From contig JAYSWD010000065.1 of NCBI GenBank assembly GCA_043718225.1, forward strand, positions 1 through 51,750: a stretch of DNA of 51,750 bases. The letters are read 5' to 3'. Within the stretch, counting starts at the first letter, position 1; each line of letters begins with the position of its first letter. The notes beneath the pieces are model-generated. The model saw only the letters and a list, made by a program, of their open reading frames with translations. It was not told the origin of the DNA and made no database searches. The position numbers were made by a program, and so were the translations under genes. Positions 31,701 to 40,700 of the stretch are shown here, piece by piece. The stretch comes from Candidatus Omnitrophota bacterium. Lineage in GTDB: Bacteria; Omnitrophota; Omnitrophia; Omnitrophales; Aquincolibacteriaceae.

Positions 31701-34700
31701 TAAACGTTGTAAGTCATAAATTCATGCCGCCCCTGTGGTGCGTCGGTCAAAACAACAATCGCGGGTCCTCCGCCTTGCCGCGTGTCTTCGGCGAGCAAAT
31801 AGATTGTGTGCGGAATGTCGGCATTCACGCCATATTCTGGCGGCAAATATTCTTTTAACTCACGCAGCGGAAAGTTTCTCTCAAGGGCTTCGGCTTTAGC
31901 GCGAATGCGCGCAAGATCTTCGGGTGTTACAGGGTTTTGCATTTGGGCGATGTCCGAGAGTTCTGTCGCCAATTCTTTTTGCGCGTGCTCGGGCAAAGCT
32001 TTATAAGCGGCATTCAGCAGGCGCGCCTCTTCTAAAACCACCTGCATTTGCGGCTGCTGCTTTAAGGTCTTTTCGAGTAAGTTTCCGTGAACAATATTTG
32101 GATAATTTGCGACCACCATTCCTGATTGGTCAACCGCGCCCGGCACAGTATGAAGCGCCTCTCCCATCAATAAATTATCAGCTCCGTTTCTCAGTTCAGG
32201 CACCCAAATACCATTTTTGTCTTTCCAAAGTCCGGCTATTGTTTGCGATAAAATCGGCGCGAATAAATGTCTCGTCTCGCGCGCGGCTTGTCCGACAATT
32301 CCGTCTGTCGCAAGCCGTACGGATTCGGCGGGATCGAAACGAAGAATAAAACTGCGCTCAGGCGCCATCGCGGCCTGCGCCGCGGCTTTCAAAACGGAAT
32401 TCACTCCGAAGGCCGTGCCAAAGAAAAATGCCGCCGCTGTTTTTAGAAAGCTTCGGCGTGAAAAACTGCTTTGTCTTTCCATTTTTTGCGCATGATATTT
32501 TTCAAATAATCTTTGTTTAAAAATAATTTGCGGACTTTGCTCAATCGCAATAAGTTTGGCAGTCGCAATTTCACGAATGATTCCAAGCGCAACAGCTGTG
32601 TTTTCCCTCAGTCTCTCAAGAAATTTCCCCAGGCTTTCAAGAAGTTCATCATCGGTTTCTCTGTTTTTTTGGGCAAAATCAAAAAGCTTTTGAACAAACT
32701 CGTCAAGATTTTGCGCTACTCTCAACTTGTCCTGTTCCACTTCTCCGGGACCCCGCATTTCGGAGCGATAGCCCGCTTTTTTAAGAATTTGTGCGGCTTT
32801 TGGGTTTCGCGCCGCACGGTCTTGTAATATCTGAATTAATCCGTTTATTTTTCCGCGGCCGCCTTTCAAATGCGCCTCGACCGCGTTGGTTAAAAGCTCA
32901 AATGCCCGGTCGCGCAAATTTTTTCTTTCCTCAATTGCAATGAGCAAGAGTTCGTCCACAAAAGTTTCAAATGCAGCGCTGTAATTCAAATCGCTGAGAA
33001 AAATCACGGTCGCGGGTCTTTCGGAATTGAGGCCGGATCCCTTGAGTAAATTGATAATATGCCGGAATACACGTCCGGGATCACGGCCCGCGGTTGTTAA
33101 AAGTTCGTGCGCGGCCTGTTTAGACCTTTTGCGCTTGCGCACATCTTCACTCTGTCCCTCTGCGCGCCTTTGCCGGCGATCAAATAGAGAGGCCCTCTCA
33201 AGCAACGCCGACGTTGCCGTCCAGCCGTTACGCCGCATTTCGGAGCGCGGCAAGGTGCGCAAAATAAATATTTTTTCTGTTTGGAAGGTGGGCGGTACAA
33301 TTCCCAAGCTTAACAGATCGGCTTCGGCTTCTGTCGGCGCGCGCGTTTGCCATGTTTTTTCATCCGGCAAAATTTCCCAGCCGCTTTCCTGAATCAGCTT
33401 CTTGAAAGCAGCTTCATCCCGGCCCGGATTGAGAAAAATTCTAAGCAGCATTTTTGCGCCGGGACGGGCTTTTGCGGCAGTTGACTCGAAAATGTCGGCA
33501 AACTCTTGCGGGGAAAGTTCCACATTGGAGATGTCTGCCGTGCTCCGGCTTCCCTTGCGGACAGACGCGAGCGGAATTCCAAAAAAACACTTCGGCGCGT
33601 TAAACATATAAAAATCTGCTTCCGGAATTTCGCCAAGAAACAATTCGAGGTCGCGCATACGCGACGGAATTTTCTGCGCAATCTGTGCCTGCGTGTTCAT
33701 AAGTTTCAGCAAACTTTTATCTGCGCCATAAGCTTTTCTCGCTCCAAGCTCAAGAAAAATCGCGGTGTTCGCACCGGACCCAGAACCAATTTCAGCGGCA
33801 TCAAGTTTTGATAAATCAATTTCGTTGTCTCGCACGAGCCGGCGCAGCTGGCCCGCCAGTGTCCGTGAAGATTTCTCGTCCGGAGGATATACGGTCGGGA
33901 AATAAACGCCGCGCTCTCCTTGGACCACCAAGCTTTCAGGGACAATTTGTCCCTCTCCGAAATGAGTCGCAAAAAAAAGGCTCTCTCCAAGCTTTGCGTT
34001 ATACCGTCGCGTCAAAAATGTTTTTAACTCAGCTTCTGAATAGCCGTCTACTTTTTTCTGCCTTCCAAAAAGGGCCTCTTGTTCCGGTATCAAAAATTCA
34101 TAAATCAGTGTTGTTTTGTGCTGGCCCATTTCCGGCCAAATAATCGCGGCGGGTTCGTTTTTAAAAGTTAAAATATACGCGTCCTCCGCTGTGTCCGGCG
34201 GCGCTAAGAAAGCGGGGTTTTTAAAATTTTCCCGAATATGCGGTACTCCAAATATTTCTTCCAAAGACTGGTGCACCGCTTGCTTCAACGCGGCGCCTTG
34301 GAGCCCGACCACAGAATTTTGCGCGACAGGAATTTTCCCCCAAGGGCCTTCGAAAGGTTCTATTTCCGCGCGCGCCGAATCTACGCCAAACGCTTTTAAA
34401 AAATACCAGATCGGCATCTGGTCTGTAATTCCTTTCAGCCGCATTTCTGAGCGGCCGAAGAGTTTTTTGCGTGCTAAATCAATGACATGCTCGGTAATAA
34501 TTACCGCCGTAAAAAATGCGGGTGAGAACGCAAAAACCATCCCGCCCTCCGGCAAGCTGGTAAGCCGAATTGTTTTTGTTGCTTCATAAATCCGGTATCG
34601 AAATCGATTCCGCATTTCGGAGTGGTTTTTAGTTAAATAAGCGTTCTTAAAAAACCAAAACGCGGCTTTTTTAGCGGCAGCCAACATTTTGCTCCATTCT

Positions 34701-37700
34701 TCTACCGTAAACACCGTGTTGCGCGAAGGAATTACATCATTCGAGTCGAAAAATCTTTCCCATTCCAATTCATTTTCGGGCAGCTTTTCGGCGGTTTGCG
34801 CCAGCTCGCGTTTATTTTTTAAAATTTCCAGAGTCAAGCCATATGTCTCTTCCCAGATTTGTATTCGTCTTCCCGCTTGTCCCGTTCCTGTTCCAATCGC
34901 CGCTGCTTCGCGCGCCTGCCTAATAGCTTCGGAAAAAATCTGTGCAGTTTCCCTGCGCCCAATTACCATCCGCGTTTCGGAGCTCAGAGAAGTTAATTTT
35001 CCGCCTTGAGAATGAAATCGCATTGCAACAAGCGCGGCTTGCTCGCTTAATTGCGCAATGCTGGTTTTGTGATCAAATGGAAATCTTAATTTCCAGCGTT
35101 GGTTTCCCGGTGGGTCTATCCATAAAACACCTTCGTGTTCCAGCACTTTTGCGATTTCCAAATTAGCGGGTGAAAGGGACCTTGAGTTAATCCAAAGCGT
35201 TGCGTGTCCGATTCTTAAATCCGATCCGTTAGCGGAGGAAAAAACCGTCGTTATGCCCTTTCCAAAATTAAGAATTCTGGCACTTTCTACGAGCGCCGGA
35301 TCTACAATTGCTTTTAATTGGTCTTCATCAACAACCGTTTGTTGAAGAGGCGCGCCAATAGAAGGCAAATCCGCAATCAAAACAAATTGTGCAGCTAAAG
35401 GAAAAAATCTGTCACGAATTTTTACATTGCGTTTTGCGGTTGACGAGCCAATGAGCCGGGCAAGAGCATTTCGAGAAACCTGGCTTACTTCCTCGTCATT
35501 ATCAATCCGTGTGTTAACTAAAAGAGCAGCGACTATCAATCGGGCTTCTGCTTCCGTTGGAATATATGCTTCTGTGCTTTGGCTCCATTGCAAAATCAAT
35601 TCTATTGCGCTTATTTTTTCGTCATTCTTTCCTTCGGTTAACTTTCGAACTGTTTCCTTGATATTGAAAGCACGCATTTCGGAGCGGGTCACTGTTTCCG
35701 AATAAATTTGATTACCGTCATAATATTGATCGAGCTGCTTCCAGCGCCCCTTTTTTAGATGGTATTGAGTTATTTGAATAAAGTTTTTGACGCCTTGCAA
35801 ATTTTTAAAGAGCGCCTGCTGAAGAGCGGGGTTATCATTTTGCTCCGTCATTAAGAGCGCATTCACGCCCCATGCCTGTAGTTCCTTAGCCGCGCTGTCT
35901 TGGACAGCTTTAACGCTTTTATCTTCCTCGCCGCTTTTTCGGTATAAATCAACATAGGCTATATATGCCGCAACCATTTGTTTATGTTCCACCCTCTGCG
36001 CTAAGGCCGACCGAACGGATATTTTTGCTTCTTTGAGCCAAATATTAATTTGGGGAATATGCCTAGCCAGCTCCGCTAAAAAAAGTTCGGATTCTTTCTC
36101 GGAGTTCCATTCTATCGTCCTCATTTCGGAACGTTGGGCTTTGCCATTCTCTTCTCTCTTTTCTATTCGGGCGGGGCTTGTTAGGTACTGTTTCCAATAA
36201 TGTTTGAGCGCAGCGGGCGAAAGCGGCTTTCCGCTCATTTGTTCTTGGAATAAACTTCTTTCAAATTCACGATCCGTTTTAGAGGTAACGTCAAAGGGCA
36301 AATATTCGACCTCGAGCATGTCGAGCGTTTCAACGGCCAGCTCACGCGCTTTCACAATTTGCTGCATGACTTTTTCTACTTTGGAGTCAACCTGGACGGT
36401 ATTAGTTTCCAAATCTTTAGGGAACATCGCACTCGCATCAACAAGCCAGGCGCCCCAGGCCATCATGCCCGCCAAAATCAATTTCCCCGGATTCTGTTCT
36501 TTCCGTATTTCGGAGCGGGCGGGAGCCCGCAAATCCGTGCGTGCATATTCGTAGACTTTGCCGGTGCCGGCCCAATTGGGATGGCGGCTGAGCACGGTGC
36601 CGCCGACTTTGCGGGCAACGCCTTCTCGGCGATGCGCAGTTTTGTAGCGAAAGCCGCGTCGCAAAATTTCCTCGTTCAATTTTCTCTGCAGGTCCGTACC
36701 AATGCCGCGGCCGCGCATGCTCTCGTCAACAACCATGTCTTCGGAGTAAACGGTATTGCGCAATTCCATATTGGAATCCTGCGCCACACCGCTCAGCCCT
36801 CTAAATTTTTCAAGCGGGCCGGCCAAAACAAAACCGATAATCCGGCCGTTTTGTTTAGCTACAAGACTGATTTTTTCCGGATCGGTAAAGGCGTCACGCA
36901 ACATGGCTGGGGTATAACGCAAATTTGCTTCAAAGGCGCTTTCGAGCCGGATGATGTCGTCTTTGATTTGCGGCCATGCGTCCGCGGCCGGCTGGCTGAT
37001 TTCAATCAACGTCTCAACCGGCGGAATGGGCGTGACGGGGGGCGGCGCAATCGTACCTTCTGGATGCAACGCCACGCGCACACGTTGATAAGTTTTGGAG
37101 CCGCCCATCCAGCGCGGAAAAGTTTTGAGAATCTCCGCTTGCAGCAGCTGACTAACTTGTTTTTCAAAAACATGTGCGCCGAAATAAGCGTAATTTTTTG
37201 CGCGCGCCTTGGCAATCACGGCGTCGCGGAATATTTTGCGCACGCCACGGCCCTCCAATCCCGGCGCAATCGCCAGCGAAGCCAGATAAAACGTATTTCT
37301 TTTATTCCATTGATCGTCTTCTTTGTTTCCGGGGATGGAACCGTATTCTTCAAGCGGGCCGCCCACAGCATAGCCGACGATTTCGCCTTTGAGTTTGGCA
37401 ACCAGCGTCATGCCGGCCGGGTTTTTGAATTTTTTTGCGAGCGAATTTTCTGCTTCGCGCAAATTTGAGGGGAATGTGTTTTCGAGCGCCATGACATCCG
37501 TCTTGCTTCGGTCCCAATCATTGCCGGAAACCGTTTCGAATTGGACATCCTCGGGCTTCCAGGCTTCGTAGCGGTAGCGGCCGCGCGTTAAATCCGCCAC
37601 ATAACCCGTTACATTTCCCTGAGTCTGCCGCTGCCCGAACAATGAGGTGCCACGCGGAAAAGCTTCCAAAAATTGCAGGCTTTCGTCGTCGGCGCGCAAC

Positions 37701-40700
37701 ACTTGAATGGTTTGCTGCGTTGCACCCGTCGAAGCGACATGTGCGATAAATTTTTTGGGCGTCGCGTTGTGGGATACGGCATTGTAAATCACCTTTTTGA
37801 AACCAGCTTTGTACGCATATTCTTCGATCGCACGCTTGATCACGGCCGGATCCACCGACATCGTGCCCTCGACGCTATCGATAATCAAAACGCCCGCATC
37901 TTTATCTTCCGCATCTTTGTAAATTCCCGCCGCCATGATGGCGCGCACTTTCCGGTCGGAGCCCAGCGCAAAATCCATCATGGAAATGCCTTTGCTGAGC
38001 ATGTAACCATAAGCGCCGGTTTGAAATTGGCCGCCCAAAAAAGCGCAGCAAAAAAATTCGCCCTGCCGGCTTAAATCCGTCCATGGGTCGCGATCCCAAA
38101 TCGTCGCTTCAATCATACCTGAGGTCAACGTATAGTCGGAAGTAAGCGATTCCAAATAACCGATGAGCGCCTGTTCGCCGCGCGAGCGTTTTTTGATGTG
38201 GTGAATTTTGATTTCGTTCAGCAGGTAAATGCTTTCGTCGAGCGTGACCGTGCCTTCGCGGATATGCTTAAAAATTTCCGGATATTGCGCGAGAATTTGA
38301 CGCGCACTTTTAGCGCCTTTGCGCAAACTACCCGTCAATTCGCCTTCTTGTAAGATGCCGGCGTCGTCCCTTTTTCCAATGAATTGCTCGATGACAGCCT
38401 TACGGATTAAATCCAAATGCGTGGTAATGGGCCGAGCGATAAAGTCATCACCTTCGGAAGCATATTGCACGCGATAACCGGCGTCGTCCCACAACTCGTT
38501 CACGCCGGCATTCTTCAAACGCTGTTTGACTCTTTTTGTATGCGCCCAATTTTCGAAAGCCCCGCGAAAGTCGCGATATTTCAACATCATGGCCGTCAAA
38601 TACGCCAAATCATCCAAACGTACAAATCCGGGGTCGCTACGCTCCACCCTTTCTTCATATTCCGCTTCAGGTTGCGGTTCGGGCGTTGGCAGCAATTCGG
38701 GCTGGGGCGTCACGCGTTGCGGCGAAGAAAAAAGCCACGTCAAAAGAAATAAATATTCGATCGCCGCCAAGAGTGCTTGGCCGCCAAACCACCAATAATT
38801 TCCTTTTTGAAAATTAGCAATGGCCCAAACCGTCATGCTAATCGCCACAAAAAGCCTTATCAGTGGATGCGGCTTATTCTCGTGGCTGGGTCTGCTCGTC
38901 GGGAGCACCGCCTGGCTGACATTGCGCAAAACACGCGCGGCTCGGTTTCTGACTTCTTTGGCACGGATATAATTCGGCAACAATGTTTCGGGATCGAGTT
39001 GATCCAAGGTCGCACGACGCGGTTCATGAGCATGAAATTTTTCTCTTAGCTGCTCATACCCTCTCAAACGCAGCAGCCCTTCAATTTCCCGCACCGAATG
39101 ATAACGCTCGTCCGTCGAACCGAAGCGGCGGCGATTGCGGATCACGATTTGCGCCTCTACTTGATTCAGCACGCGGAAACGCGTAATCGGCTCGACCAGC
39201 GTATGCTGTTGAACAAATTTTTGAATTTCAATCAGCTTGACCATGCTGGTTTCGTCGTTCGGCTCGGCCGCGGCCACGGCCAGCCGCGCATGCGCGACTT
39301 CGTCAAAAATTAAATCCTCCTGCTCGAGAATATATTCGCGCAATTCGGCATCGACACTCGTCTGCATTTTGACAATTTCCGCCGCTTCCTGAATGATTTT
39401 GAAACGCGCTTCCAAATCCGCGCTTTGAACAAATTTTTCTTTGAGATGCGCAACGCGCGCGCGCGCGATTTCATTGGCCTTGCGCTCCACTTCCGCTTCA
39501 ATACCCGGCTTCGCCTGCGGAAAAAATTGCGTCCAATATTTAATTTGCCGCACAACGCGCACCCGCTTCTCGTCATCCGTGCCATCGAGATGCGGTAAAA
39601 GCAAATCAATGATGGCTTGCGGCATGCTGTGAAATGAGGCGCGCGGAAATGCGGCAAGCTGCTTCGAAAAATCGCTTAAAAAGAATGGGCCTCTTTCTTT
39701 GGGCCGCACAAAAAACCCATTTTTCCATAAATAATCAAAAGCATCGTAGACCTTCTTAAGCGGAGCATCGGCGTCACTTTGATCCCAATATCCTTTTGCA
39801 CGCATTCCGTTCTGATCGGCAATGTCGGCGGAAAGTCTCGGCGTAAAAAGAATGTTTTGAAGTACGCGCAGTGACAGTTCGACCCGCATTTTAGCCTTTT
39901 CTGCCTCGGTCCGCTGCTCCGAGCGCCGCCCCAGCTTTGTAATATTGTTTTTGTTTTCCGCGCGCGCGGAAAAGGGCTGTTCTTCATTCCAGCTTGTCTT
40001 TCGAAAAATTAAGTTCTGATTTTTTGGCGCGGGAGTCCGCATTCCGGAGCGAATATTTCCCCCCGAATCAACCGCGTAGGTTAAACCGCCGCGGTTCAAC
40101 CTACGCGTTTTAAGGCGCGCCTGGTCTGCGCGTATGGAAAAAGTCTGGCTTGTCCAATCGGAATGTTGACTTGCAAGATTTGAAAGACGGAGAAGCTCAG
40201 GTCTTAAATTTGAGAGTGATTTCAAAAACAATGTCGGCGATCTTGCGGCCTGAACAACCGCGCCACGAGCCACGGCCCACGAACCACGAGGCATATTTGA
40301 AAGCATCGCTTGGCGGTATAAATTTTGATGTTTGACTGAAAGCCCAGAAATACGCGGTGTTATAACTTGATAGGAAAATCCATGCGCGCGCAAAATTTTT
40401 GTAATCCCCTCTTTGTGGAATCCGCCGAAAACAAGCACCGCCGTGCTTGTTTCGTGGTTAGTGGTTAGTGATTCGTGGTTCGTGGCTCGTGGTTCGCGAA
40501 TCTTTGGTCTTTGGTCTCTTGTCTCTTGTCTCCAGTCTAACAAGGTTTTTTCGACAGCTCGTTCACGAATGGCAGCGAGCTCATAAAACCGCAGTGCGGA
40601 TTTAATTTGGCTTTCCCATTTTTTGGAAATGACGACGGGGGCTTTTTTGGTTCGCGCGATCCAAGCCGCAAGTTTCTCTGTATCGAGCGATGCGCTTTCG

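Noticed and set aside
36359-37468. 369-aa plus-strand ORF
   Set aside because: Antisense shadow of the GC-rich GNAT region; no recognisable motifs.
24272-40051. RSEMR DNA repeats as a CRISPR array or integron attC sites
   Set aside because: Only 15 bp, irregular spacing of hundreds to thousands of bp, not palindromic; no cas or integrase gene in the window.
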